A DNA stretch of 55,894 nt, counting the filler, from Basidioascus undulatus (lineage: Eukaryota): assembly GCA_000826855.1 (NCBI GenBank). It is 3 parts of 3 records of this genome, joined end to end, with 100 filler letters (N's around TTAATTAATTAA, not from the genome) between each part and the next. Parts side by side here need not be neighbours in the genome. Positions count along the whole stretch, not along the records: positions 1 to 18,586 come from JTLS01000456.1; 2 more parts are not named here. The stretch is one strand, 5' to 3'. Within the stretch, counting starts at the first letter, position 1. Each line of letters begins with the position of its first letter. Below, piece by piece: positions 1-16,809 of this stretch. Both the position numbers and the translations under genes were made by a program. Under the pieces are notes generated by a model that was not told where the DNA came from, did no database searches, and saw only the letters and a program-made list of their open reading frames with translations.

Positions 1-333
1 GTACAGGCGCGTTCCGTTCAACGTCTACTCAAACATTATAAAGAAAGAAAAGGAAGGAAAAGTCGAGAAGCTCCAACAAGGGTATGTAAGCTGCTGATGG
101 AAAAGGAAAGGGAGCGAGGCGTGGTATCGGAATCAAGCCACGGACGACGTCAAGTCTCCCAAGTCTACTTGAGGATGGACTAGGCAATGAACTATGTCCT
201 CCTCCGAGCTCGTTGGATCATCCGTCGAGTCCATCGCGTCCGACCCCTCCGGCAGCATGTCGCGCGGCGCGCCACGCAGCTCGAGGCCACCACGTCAGCC
301 TCAAGGGAATGAGGGGAAGAGGGTCGGGGAGAG
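1..333 (-). repeat. Inverted duplicate of the MCM6 last exon, 3' UTR and part of the last intron (pseudogene fragment)
   Basis: Reverse complement of 1-286 aligns to 4529-4811 with only about a dozen differences by eye (including a 3-nt insertion); 287-333 loosely matches the last intron (gctgacgtg branch site) but the splice acceptor region is deleted. May extend left of the window. Confidence 0.95.
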
Positions 334-741
334 AATGTAAGCCAGAGGGCGTTTCTTTAGCATCAAATGCTTCTGGGACCTCATATCTGCCCCGATAGCG
401 TGCATGAAGGCTGAACAAGTTGGTCAGAGCTGGCGGAGTCGCGAACACGCGACGTCCTGGAAGAGTTATACCCGCAACCAGAACCCTTAGAGATCAGCTG
501 AACATTGTTTGGTAGTCTCATCTGTTCATTGAAATATCCCACGCCGTATATCAGAGCGTGTCCCTTATCCCACAGTTTGCAAGCTCGTGCCCCCTTTACT
601 GCTCGGCCTCATGCCTTCCAGTGTTTGAATCGAATGAATTTCTCTTATTGCTTTAGTTTATCAGCTCAGAAAAAAGTTCCATCCATGAAGCGTTATCGAG
701 CGAACAAAAAGATAATGTCGGCGAACATGTACCAAGTCGCG

Positions 742-768
742 ACGCGTCTCGGTAAATGAAGGACGCGT
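742..768. promoter_or_regulatory. Two MCB-like (ACGCGT) elements upstream of MCM6
   Basis: ACGCGT at 742-747 and 763-768, about 200 bp before the ATG of a DNA replication gene; MCB/MBF control of G1/S genes is established in fungi. Confidence 0.55.
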
Positions 769-953
769 CTGAGACACTGCACTTTGCGCGAGCGCGTTCC
801 TCGCCCGCCTCGCCCGTCCCCTTCAACCACCGTCTTCCCTTGGCCCCCCACGCCTGCCTACACCGCCTGCTGCTCCTCTCCCTGGCTCACACGCATTTCA
901 CGTAGTTTCTATTACAGGACCAGCGCATCCCATCTTTCCCCCGAACCCCCAGC

Positions 954-4679
<3,726 letters not shown>

Positions 4680-5315
4680 TTCCGATACCACGCCTCGCTC
4701 CCTTTCCTTTTCCATCAGCAGCTTACATACATTTGTTGGAGCTTCTCGACTTTTCCTTCCTTTTCTTTCTTTATAATGTTTGAGTAGACGTTGAACGGAA
4801 CGCGCCTGTACCATGTTTGTGCCTTGTACCACTCGCTGCTAGGTGTTTTTGCCTGATCCCTCTCTGCGACGCTCTGGGTGACCGAAGAGAGACTTGGAGA
4901 GACGACTGTTAAGCTGCGTAAGGTTGCTTATCACCAACCAGGCGACTCTAGCGCAACGAAACAGAAATCCACCATTTAAACTGTTTGGATGAAGTGGAAA
5001 CATGTGGTTCTGCTTGTATTTAGAACGCCGCTGGATCCGCACGGCTCTTCAAACTACCAAGATTGAGAGAGGGTTCGCGGCAGGCACAAAAGACGGCAGG
5101 TAACTTTCCCTGTTCTGCCCACCACCCTCGTGCAACTGAGCGGAAGTTGAGAGTCGAGAAAGTCTCTGCTTTTTACTCTGCTTTTTACAAGGGATATTTT
5201 GATCTGCTGACAGAAACGCAGACGGGATGGATCGCCTATGTCAACCCCTCTGGCGGTCCATTGCCCCTTTCCATTGCCGTCGAGTTTACGCTCACTTCCT
5301 CCACAATCGACAGTC

Positions 5316-6410
5316 ATGAACGACCTCCTCTGCGCCGCTCTGCGGCACATCTTCCTCCCTATCTCACGGCGTACCTCCTCACCCAGCAAGCGCATCCGCT
5401 CCCGATCGTCTTCGTGCTCCCGCTCTGTCTCACCGCGACCATGCTCGCGGGGTATGGGTCTCGTGCCTGGCTGGACTACCAGCTTGCCCAGAAGGCAAAG
5501 CGCCGAGGTGCCCAGCTTGCACCAATGGTGACGGGGAGATGGCCTGGCGGATTGGACCTACTTTGGCGCGCGCGGTCCAGATGGAAAGGGAATGGCGTTT
5601 GCCGAGGAGCACCTGCAAACTTTTACCCTCACAAACACATTCAGGATACACTCTGAACACGTTCTCCAACATGAGAAAGCACGGTCCGGAAATCACGATG
5701 AGGTGAGTATTGAGCAAGGCTTCAAGTCTTCTCAATAGTACGATCCAGTATGCTCCACAGGATCCTTTTCATGGACACCATCTTCACAGCCGTACACAGG
5801 GAGCTCTGTCAATGCAGTCCCAAATGCAGTCCCAAACTGACGAACTTCGCCGTGCAGGACAGCGCCAGCTTGAAGCTCATATTGGCCACGGACTTCTCGA
5901 GCTTTATCAGAGGTGACAGTTCTGCCGTAAAAGGCTGATTCGGAGACCCAAGCCGACATGCCGGGCAAAATCTTGCAGGACACGTTCGGTCCTTTTCTCG
6001 GCGAGGGGATATTCATCTCGGACGGAGAGGTACGCCTGACGTTCGCCCTGTACTTCTCAGACTGGATATGAAGATTTCCATTGAGTTCCTCTTACCGTTA
6101 AACAGATATAGAAGACCCACCGGGCCATGTCTCGGCCGTTCTTTGCGAGGGACAGGGTCTCTGACTTCCGGTACGTTGTGCTGTGATCCTCAGCGGGCAT
6201 CGCAACGATTGACAAAGGGAATCATACCAAAGTTGCTTCGAAACCCATTCGAACAACCTTCTTCCAATCCTCTGGGAGGCTGCAGAGGCTAGAACTGCTG
6301 TGAACGTTTTGGTAAGCATTTGACGTCTTCGCGCGATGAAGTTATGGCTGAGTTGTCTTCATCCTTCAGGACGTCTGCGCTCGCTTTACTCTCGACGCCG
6401 GGTTAGATGT
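5316..6410 (+). pseudogene. Cytochrome P450 (CYP63/CYP52-clan-like) N-terminal remnant
   Basis: GRWPGGLDLL, GPFLGEGIFISDGE, RAMSRPFFARDRVSDF and QDVCARFTLDA motifs; in-frame TAG at 6109-6111 where Trp is expected; frameshift near the start; no heme-binding C-terminal half. Confidence 0.8.
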
Positions 6411-8001
6411 CAGAGAAAACTTCTTACGGAACAGCTCATTTCACACTTTGATTGATCTCAGTACCGACTTCCTTTTCGGCAAAACGGTGCACACACTGGC
6501 AGCGGCTGGCCTCATCGACCTCCCCATCGCCGCACACATCAGCCTCGGAGTTGATGACACAGTCTGCTGATTTCCTCCCCTCAGGCCCAACGAGAGGGGG
6601 AAGGGGCGGCCAGGACGGCTGCTTTCGGCTACGCGTCGCACTGTAGTAGGTGGCAATGCCAGCCGGCTCCTCATTCGGGAGATGGTAACGGGCGGGCGCT
6701 CGGTAGGACTGAAATTGAAGAGTCAGTGAAGCCTCCATTTCTCCTGAAGGTACGAAAAGACGAACCTCAACTGATGAATCGATGCTCACGCAAACGGAGG
6801 GGTGAACAGCCAGCGGGGCTTCTCCTCCTTCCCGACCAGCGTGGTAACATCGAGCGGTGGTTCGAAGGCGGGGGGAGTGCGAGTGATGAAATGAGGTAGA
6901 GGTGTTAAGAGGTCTTGGTTCTGAGGCGATGTGGCCTCGTTGGCTGCGATGCCTGTCTCGCCGCCAAACGCTTTGGTGAATGAGATCGCAATCCAGACCT
7001 GCAGCTTCTGGTGCGTGAGGCTGACCGACTCGGCCGAACCGACGTACGCGAGGCGGTAACCGTTCGGCGAGATCTGGGACTCTTCGCTCTAGGGGGCGCC
7101 GGCAGTGCGTCCGAGAGACAGAACGGAGCAATGCCCTCCAAGTCTAGCTAGCAGTCCAAGGGGAGGTAAAGCAGCTCGCCGACGCGGATGGGGATAGTTT
7201 CTGGCTGGCCGAGGCGAAATGGACCGTCAATTGTATGAGTGTAGGTAGTCACGAGCTTTTAGTGGGAGATGGTTGTGGTAGTGGCGGGACAACCGAAGAT
7301 AAAATGTGGACCGTGCGTGGCGCGTTGTCTACCGGTGCAAACCTATGTCGCCTGTCGCGTCCTCACACAGCGGAATCCGATTGAATACGACACCTTTAAC
7401 CATAATTATATACTTCACTCTCTGAAGTTTACATCGTTTTGATGCAAGCGCGGAAATCCGGCGAGTGCTGGACTCTGTCCTCAGGCAGCGGTCCTCAGCT
7501 ACAGCGTCGACCCGCCAAGATTGAAGACCCTGCAACTCGTTCTCGCTTTCTAATATTGGTAAATGTAAAATATGCAAATGATGACACAAGAAAATCAAAA
7601 CCAAACTCATTCTGCAATTCCATAGCGTCTACAATTCTACTGTGAAAGGCACATAAGCCGCGCTTCAACACTCCAATCGACAACACTTCCCTACCTTCCC
7701 GCATAGCTCTCTCTAAAGCTTTATAAAAGGTATTACGACTCGGATTGACCGTAAGGCGGTGGCCAGGAAGCTCGTCTACCTGCTACCTGAACAGCCTGCC
7801 GCGCTTGCATCCACCTCGTAGCGAGGTGCCTAAATTTCAACCCTAGGCTTCACCCCATCTCAAGACCTGCCCGCAAATTCTTCATCATCGTCAAGAAAAT
7901 CGTCGCGCCCAAGGTGTAAACAAGCCCAACCAAAGTCCGTGGCAGTCGTCCTGCCCTTCCTCGCCCCTCGCCCTCTTCCCTGCATCCTCCCTGCATCCCA
8001 A

Positions 8002-10906
8002 TCAAAGATCCGCGAAGAATCCCCGCTCCTTGCGCTCCTTCGTCATTGCGGCGATAATCGCACACCCTACACCACTTCCACTGCAAGAAGAAAAGGCATC
8101 TCTTCATCAGCGAAACTCATGTGGGGTGAAGCAGAACCGAAGCGGACTTACTCCTCGGCGTGGGAGGACCGGATGAGGCTGTGCAGCATAGAATCAGCTC
8201 GCAGTCGAGAATGACGTTCAAAGATGGACTAAATGAAGGTGCCCACGCACCGGCCCTTGTCCCCGAAAATGTCCTCCAGCGCCTTGTGCAGCTTGCTCGC
8301 GTAGCCGGGATATTTCTCGTACAGCGAGCCGTCGACGGCGACGTCACAGCCCTCGTCGACGATGCCGAGGTGCTTTTGTCCGCTCGTCAGCATGCCGAAA
8401 ACATGAAAGAGATGAAAGAAATAGGCCACAAAGGTAGTGGGTGAACGCACCTGGCAGATCGCAGCGATACCGCACGCGGAGAGGCGCGCCGCGCGGAGAC
8501 CGATAAGGTACGCGAGCTTCTTGAAGAACGCGCGCTCCTCGTTGGTGGTGGTCAGGTCAAACTGTACAGCAAGCGGAATCAGAATTGCGATGCGTGTGGG
8601 GACAAAGGAGGCGCGAAGGGAATTATGGACGCACGAAGTGAAGGAACAGCCCGGCAGACATGAGCTGCTCGTCAGTCACGTCGCTCTCCATCATAGACAG
8701 GAACGCGGTCTGGAAGGCGAAGGGCTTCTCGATCTTGTAGGTCTGTGGGCGTATGGATCGTCGTCAGTCAACATGCTCTCCAAATCGAGGGCAACGGTCC
8801 AGACGCACCTCTTGACCGAGGAAAAGCACACCCTTATTCGATTCAACACGTTCCGCTTGATTAGCATTATGAGTTTCTCAGAATACCAGAAGCGAACCCC
8901 GCACCTCGTCGATCAGTTCGCAAATGATGAGGCGGAAGACCTCGCCGAGGTACAACCCAGCGATCATCTGTCCGCGCCTCCCGTCCCTCAGCGCACATTC
9001 TTTTCCCGCGCGCAAAAAAGGTGGAAGGCATACCTTCTCGTACGCCTGCTCATGCGGCTTGTTGCTCGTCAAATCGATCACCTCGTCGTACTTGGTCCGC
9101 GGGAGGTCTACACCCATCGCAACGCATCCCGAGCTTCACCCGTCAGCCCACATCGCCCTTCATCTGCAATGAACTTGAGCAATGCAAACCGACGCACACT
9201 TGTGATCGAATGAGTCGAACGCGCCGTACTGTCATGACCCAAAGTCGATGAGAACACGAAGAGGCTTCAATGGGAAGCGGAGAAAAGAAGGGGCCAGAGG
9301 GACGAGATACGCACCTCGCAGTTGATGGCCATCTGGGTCTTCGGCTCCGCTCCGGGGATGTTGAGCTTCGTGATGTTGTCGAGAGTGTCCACTGTCACCA
9401 TCGCACGCCAGCAGCATCCGCCGCATCCACATCAGTGCCTCGTTCTCGTGTTCTCCGCTCGCAAAAGAAAAAGTCAGAACAGGTAGGGAAGGGAAGAACG
9501 CACTGTACGCAGCGTTGGTGCCCGTGCCGAGGATGAGGCCGATGCGCGTGCGCGGGTTGGTGTACCGCGAGGCGATGAGCGTGCCCGTCGTGTCGTTGAT
9601 GATGGCCGCGACGGTGAGGGGGCAGCCCTGTCCGGCACCCGACATCGCGTCAGCAAAAGAAGCAGGAAAAGAGGCGCGAGAGGAACGCACAGCCCTCTTC
9701 AGAGAGTCGTTAAAGATCTTAGTCACGTCCTCGTTCTCCACGCCCGGTGCGCCGAAGCCCTTCGTCCAGCGGACGAGGACGCCCTGGTTGATGCGTTCTT
9801 GACTGTTGGGCGTGTGTGCGGCGTTCACTTCAATCTCGACTCAAAGGGGGCAGACGGCAAAGGTGATTGGAGGGAGGAAACAGAAGACGAAGACGCACAG
9901 AGTGGGGTAAGAGAACGTGAAGCCGAGAGCCATGCCCTCAGGAGTGCCCTCAGGGAAGTGGTCCTTAAGGAAGATCATGAGGCACTCCGCGCAGAAGTCG
10001 AAGCTGTCTCGCACCTCCGTACACTATCTCAGCGTCTTCCATCTTTAAATGACAAAGGGCGAGCGAGCACGCACAGCTTCGTGCCGTCGTCCTGTTTCTG
10101 CTCCTCCGTCAGGCGGTACTTTGTCTGCGTGATCTCGAACTTGCCCTTGCCCTGGAGCTGGACGTGGCACACGCGCAGGTTCGTCCCGCCGAGGTCAAGG
10201 GCGAGGTAGTCGCCCGTCTCGTTGCCGGTGGGGTAGCCAAAGACGTAGGTCGGGAGCATGGGCTGCGTGGGGGGAGGGAGTTTGAGTGTTCATGTTTGGA
10301 AGAGGGAGGGACAGGGACAGAGGGGAAGGGTAGGGCCAATGTGTGTGTGGGAATAGAGAAGACGCACCACAACCTGGCCCGGCTCAGAGAGACCCTTCTC
10401 GAGCGTCTCCTCGAACCCAGCCACGATCATCCTCAGCCGCTGAGGGCTAACAGACAAGATCTGTTGTGCCCCTTTCCTCCGCATCAGCCTGCTATCTCTC
10501 CGGCTCCACCGTTCCCATCTCACCACAACGGACCTTCTCATAGTTGGCCAGGTGCTCGTCGAGCTCCTTGGGCTGCGCGTGGGGGAGCTCGGTATCCGCA
10601 TGCGTGCGCGTGTGGATTGCGGTGGACGCGCCGAACGCGCCGGCGCTCGCGCTGCCCCTGCGGGCGGGGAGCGAGTTGGACGAGCGCCTGCGGCCGGAGG
10701 CGGAGCTGGGGGAGGGCATCGCGTCGGTGGAGCTCATGGCGGAGGCTGGGTGGGATGTGAACGCCTAGGGGTTTTCGGTGTGGGGTGTGAGGGGAGAGTG
10801 AGGAAAGCAAGTGAGTCCTGGGAGGTTGTTCCCCCGAGATGATCGCAGGCAGAGCGCAACGGACCTGCTTGGCGGACTCCTTGGGGTCCTTGAGTGCGCC
10901 CGTCAT
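8002..10906 (-). CDS. HXK: Hexokinase (multi-exon)
   Basis: [92 protein letters not shown]; start Met inferred. Confidence 0.93.
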
Positions 10907-11720
10907 CGTAGCAATTCGCGAAACAAACAGGAGGTCGCTGATCGTGGCGCTGCGGCTGACGGCGGCGGGGATTCTATCGATGTCGCTGGTGGTGGTGGGC
11001 CGACGGCAACCTGCGAGGCGGGCGCTGGGGGAGCGTGGAGAACGAGAAGGCGCCCCAGGCCGAGGCGACGTCAATGACATCTTTCGACAGCCGACACGTG
11101 CTCTGCCGCGGAGTTGAGCGACAAAAAAGACCCCGCGGCAGGCCCGTGCGCTGGAGCGAAGAAGACGCAGGCGGATTCTTGCCGTTGACGGTTCGAACTT
11201 CTGTTGGACCTCCTATGGTTCTGCAATCGTTGTTGTTCGTCTGGGAAAATCGAGTAGAAGATGGAAGGCGCATGCCAGGCACGGGGTGGTCGCACGCTTC
11301 AGAAAGTGATGATCGAGTCGGCCGCTCTGCTCATACGTGCGAGCAACCAAGACAACCTCACGACTGAAAGTGTCCGTTTACGTCTCTGGAGCAATCGACC
11401 ATGACAGAGATCGAAGAAAGTGGTTGTCTGAACGACGACGCCGTCGGACGCTGTGCGACGCGGGAGGCAGTCAACTGACGCGTCGGCAGACAGGCAAGAC
11501 AAAATACTGTTCAGAGCACTAATCGATCGATTAGGAGTGTTTTCCATAAAATTCACCTCAATAGACGGACTTCAAGGACAAGAACTTTACCGACTCTCCG
11601 AGGCGCCCCTAGCAGAGCACGGCGCACGATATCGTTATGCGCATTGAGAACCTCGAGGCGCTCTAGTGAAGGGTTGGCCGCGATGCGCATCACAGCTTCG
11701 ACGTCCTCTTCATCCACTAG

Positions 11721-12330
11721 CTATAGAGAAAGAGCTCGCGCAGCGGAGTGTGGCAGAGCCAATCCGCAAGCGCGGTCCACGACCTGCACCCCTTGAAGCC
11801 GAGGCTGTGGAGACGGTCCTAGCGCTGTACGCCGCGCGCGATAGCTTCTACAAATGCGGGCGGAAAGGGCGAGGAGGCGGAGGTGAAGGGATCCGAGGCT
11901 TCGATGTGGCATTCGAAGGGGTTGACATGCGTGCTCAGCGCGGGATCGATGCCCCACAGGATCTGCAGGTGCGATGGCGGCGAGTCCGTGAATTCGAAGG
12001 CAAAGAGGCGGACGTTCGAGCATTGCCGGAGGAGGTCTCGACATACATCTCCCCGCCCTGGAGCGACAGAGTCTGCACGAACTGGGCGACGTCCGGTCCA
12101 CGCTCGACGAACGTGAAGAAGACCTCCATCTTCTCCTTTGAGGCCAGGAAGACCCTGTTGAGCGCGAGCGGGTTGACGAGGAGCTCAATGACCGCGAGAG
12201 GGTGCGCAGCGAGAGCGCTCCATGGACAGTTCGAGCTGCCGTTCGCCCGGGGATGCGAGAGAGTAGGCGAGCTCTTCAAGGGTGAGGCCCAGCAGCTCGA
12301 TAGGGAGGCGAAGGAGGTTTGGAGGTGCAT
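11721..12330 (-). pseudogene. Degenerate F-box-like gene
   Basis: F-box-like PNLLRLPIELLGLTLEEL is out of frame with the ATG; downstream protein-like segments lie in different frames with no intron signals. Confidence 0.45.
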
Positions 12331-14319
12331 GGCTGATGCTAGACCCGTGATCGAAGGATGAACTGAAAGGAATGTGTGATGAAGGGAGACATGATGATGG
12401 TGAGAAAGGAGAGGGAGGGCGTACTGCTGCTGCGACCATCGCTCCGACCGGCCCTAAGTAAATTGGAGCACATCCCTCTTTACACACACACTTTCTCACG
12501 TCAACCTAAATCCTACACACTATCACGATGAAAAACACTGCAGGCTATTGTTGCCAGCGTACCGTGACGGTCCCGGGCTCCCCAAAGGTAAATCAATGCG
12601 ACTCAGAATGCCTCCCGTTCATCTCTCCCCGACAGGGCGTCCGCACCGCTTCATCTCATTCCGCATGCTCCATAGAAAGTTTGTAGTTCTCCTGAGCATT
12701 CGATTGGGTCAAACCAAGTAGCGTCCAGTTCCCTAGCTTTGTAGTGCAGGCGATTGTTCGTGTGAGTCCTACGGCAGGATGTGCGCAAGTGAGTGCATTC
12801 GCTTTCAGGCCTGCACACGGATAGGCATTCTACCAATCCCAGAGCCCGCACCATTTCTTTTAACCTTAAGGGACAACGGTGGGACTTGATCGTCCCATTC
12901 AAAAGCGCTTCTTTAATCTCTCGCAAACCGCAGACCCGACGTCAATGAAGAAAGGGTGGGCGTGCACGCGTAGTTGAGATACGTATTGAAACAACATGCT
13001 CTTCGTTGTGTTTTTGGTACGGTTCGATCAGAAAATGTCTACTGTCGGGAAATCGAACTGTGCCATACCAAGATCACGCAGTGTTGCCCTTGACCCGGGG
13101 TCATGTGGAGTTTCAGGTATAACCGGATCAATGGTGGCAATACCCCTTTAATCGGGTCAAAAGGTCAATGGGGTCAAGAACATCGGGACTCTGAGGTGTC
13201 GCTGACAACTGGATCGCCGCACGCTCCCAGCACACCGATCAACACTGCCACCAGGGCGTGAAGATCAGTGCGTGTTTGCCTATCAAGTTAACAGCATGGT
13301 CAAGCCCGGTCCTCTGAGCAGCAATATCAAAGAACGGAAGAGGTAAAGGGGAGCCTGATGCATACTAACACGAACAGCTAACAACGATACCCGCTAGAAG
13401 CTGAGATGGACGGATAATGGTAACACGTTGACGATGGAAAGACAAGGTGGCACTGAAAACCCCTTCCTGCCGCGTACACGCAGCCTTTCGCTTCCGATAC
13501 GCAACTTAATGGTTGGCTTGTCATTGGAGTACCGCACCACTGCCATGTAAATGAAAGTCCACTGCGCGTCGCCGTGATGTAAGCCTCTACTACGCCGTAT
13601 AGCTCGGAGATTCCGTCGCGTTCTGAACCTGCAGACCGCCAATGCATTTCTTTTAGCCGTCGCTGGGACCCATGATTTACCCATGAAACCGGACGTTGGG
13701 CGTATTCATCGCTGGCCGGTTGCACATGTGACTGCCCGGGTACAATCACTTGTCCTTCCACTTTCTTGTCTGCGGTCGGTCGGAGTCCGGCGGCGAAACG
13801 CAGACTCCGTCTGCGAGGAATTACAAAGCTCTGTGTTTCCGATTGGGCAAGCTCCACCGCCCCTGAATGCATGCAAGGATTGCCCGCAACTTGGAACCTC
13901 CAGGCCGTCACAGTATGCCGGCGAAGTTGGGTGAACTTTGGGGAAGTTGTGGCTGTCGGTCGAGCGAACCGGTGAGCAGGTGGGGACCGTCCCCAGAGCA
14001 GACAGCTTGGCCGGACCGCCAGATGAATTTTGCACACCGGACGAACAACACGTGGGACCTTGTTCTGAACTTCTGTGTGCACTTTGTGATGAATCTTTAG
14101 ACTGTAACCCCGCATTCCGCCGCCTGGGGCGTCTGGGGCTCCAGGAAGACCCAGGGGAAGCTAGTCGGAGCCCCGGAACTTGCCCGGGGGGCAGTCGGAC
14201 TGTCTTTTGCCTTTTGATGGCTTCGGACTACTTTATGTCTCCTCTCTCTCCCCTTCGTGTTTCTTGTATTCGCTACTGTTTTCACATACCACGCCTCTAT
14301 ACAACTGAACGACAACGCG

Positions 14320-16809
14320 ATGGGTCCACCGCATGCCGACGAGAAGGAGACGACGCAGCACATTGAGGAGCTCGGCGGGAGTCAGCGCCAGCGCGTCTAC
14401 GTGCCGGGAAGCCCGGAGGAGAAGGCGCTGTTGAGGAAAATCGACATGCGGCTCATCCCGCAGGTCTGGTTGATGTACTGTATGAGCTACGTGAGTAGTT
14501 TCCGTGCCGCTCTTTATGTCGTCTGATGGCGCTGACAGTTGGATTCACCCGCGTTCTTGCGACGCTTCGGTCGCTTGTAGTTGGACAGGGCGAATATCGG
14601 GAATGCTAAGGTTGCTGGAATGGAGCATGACTTGAACCTCACGAGCGAGTGCGTGGTTTTCTAGACCGCTGTCCATAGGTTCAAGGCTGCTCACTACGTC
14701 CGGATGTCCTGCACCTAGACGCTATAGCATCGCCTTGCTTGTTTTCTTCATCGGATACATGTTAGGCGAAGTTCCCAGCAACATGGTCTTGACTAGGTTG
14801 AAGCCGTCCTGGTATTTGCCCTTGTTGATGTGCGTACACCTTCGCTCTATGCCGCTGCAGGATCAGCTCTGAACTCCGCTGTGGTAACCAGGTTGGTTTG
14901 GGGTGGAATTTCGATGGGACTTGCCGGCGTGCAATCGTGGAAGACGCTGAGTGTTGTCCGGGTCTTGCTCGGTTTCGGTACGTCTCGCATCGTAGCCGCT
15001 CCAGCGGTACCACACGAGACGCTGATGACCGGCTTTTAGCCGAAGCTGGGTTCGCGCCTGGAGTTATGTACCTCCTGGCATCTTGGTATGTAGCAATTCC
15101 GCGCGAGCGTCATGACTTCAGTAGGCTGAACGAGCGCTCTGGGGCAGGTATCGCAAAAATGAGCTCGCGCGCCGCTACTGCCTATTCTACTCGTAAGCAG
15201 GACTCTCCTCACACATAGAGGACGCGCTGACAACGCCTCATTGACTGTTACTTCAGTGGCTCTTCCATCAGTGGTGCGTTGGGCGGCCTCTTGGCGGGCG
15301 CCATTACCGACGTGCGTTGATAAACTCCGGTACCTCGTCTTTCAGAGGCCGTACTCACACATTAACCCTCAGAACCTCGAGGACGCTGCCGGACTGGCAA
15401 GCTGGAGATGGCTGTTTCTGATCGAGGGGTCCGCGACCTGCGCCATCGCCATCGTCGCCGTGTTCATCCTGCCCGACTTCCCGTTGACTACCAGCTGGCT
15501 CAGCGAAGACGAGCGGTGGCTCGCTCAAGCTCGCATCGAGGCGGACAACATCAGTGCTACGGCGGAAGAAGGGCACTGGGAGAGCTTTAAGTCCGCTCTT
15601 TCGGATTGGAGGACTTGGATCTTGTGAGTATGCGCTTCATTGCGTCGGAACGGCGCGTTTGCTCCTTCCAGCCGTCTGCTCACTTCCATTTCTCTCTTTT
15701 CTTTCAGCACGCTTGCATACATGCTCGTTACGGGAGCTCAAACAATTCAATACTTTATCCCGACTATCGTTGTTCGTCGATTTCCATCACCATAAAGCCA
15801 GTGCGGGCGGCTGATGTTTCTCAATGTTCCTAGGGCACGCTCGGCTACAAAGGGACCGCTGCTCAGTGAGCCCGGTTCTTATTTCCTTATGAGTATCGCA
15901 TGTTTCTGAACCCCTTCACATAAAGATATTACACCATTCCAATCTATGTCAGTATGGCCTTGTTTCTGCTCCGCGTCATTACTGGCTAACCCCCAGCGCT
16001 CATCAACAGGCTGTCGCGACGGCGGGTATCATTGTCCTCTCCTTCGTAGGTGCTCCTAACCTCTGATCTGCATAATGAGGATTCTGAACTGGTATTGCTT
16101 GCTTGAAGTCAAGCGACTTCTGCAAAGAGCGCGGTTACCACCTCTCGGGGTCGACCGCCTTTGCCGCGATCTGCTTCGTGATTCTTGCTACTGTCGATAA
16201 CGCCAAACTCAAATGTGCGCAGGGGAGCTGAGATCATCCTAGTTATGGCCTGACAACGGATGAGGTCTGGTCCCACGCAGATGCTTTCGTTGCTCTGGCT
16301 GTCGGCGGCATCTATGCGGCATGTCCCATCACCCTAGTCTGGACAAGCAATGTGTGTGATCCTCTCTTTTGCCCTCCTCTTGATTTAAATGGTCTTACTC
16401 GCCCTGCTCCGCAGGTCGTGAGCTGGCCGGCTGAGAAGCGCGCAATCACTGGTGCATGGGTGAACGCACTTGGAAACGGAGCAAGGTAATACTTCCTGTG
16501 AACCCCTCTCATGTGAAGGTACTAATTTCGGCACTCTTGCTTTTGCCCAGCATTTACGGTTCGTTCCTCTACCCAAAGCAAGACGGGCCGAAATACGTGA
16601 TGGGCCTTAGCGTTACTGCGTATGTCTCCTTTTCTGTCACGACCCGTGAATCAGCACGGCTAATTCTACGGACTTGAATTATCAGTGCGATGATGTTTGC
16701 GGCATCTATCAACGCCCTCGTGATCAAGTTCGCCACCAAGCGATACCCGCTTCGGGTCCCGCAAGTTGAGGACAGCCTCGACGATGAGAAGGACCGTGTT
16801 TCGGTATGA
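14320..16809 (+). CDS. MFS transporter, anion:cation symporter (Dal5/Tna1-like) family, many short exons
   Basis: EKALLRKIDMRLIP, YCMSY|LDRANIGNAKVAGM, GEVPSNMVL, AEAGFAPGV, SWRWLFLIEG, ILPDFP, NALGN. Confidence 0.9.

Noticed and set aside
6436..7131. 231-aa minus-strand ORF after the P450 relic
   Set aside because: No recognisable domain or convincing codon bias; possibly a relic but unsupported
13378..14115. 245-aa minus-strand ORF
   Set aside because: Random-looking composition; lies in the transporter upstream region
14320..16809. MFS transporter as the permease of the quinate cluster
   Set aside because: It is on a different contig, and belongs to the ACS family rather than the sugar-porter family of qa-y/qutD
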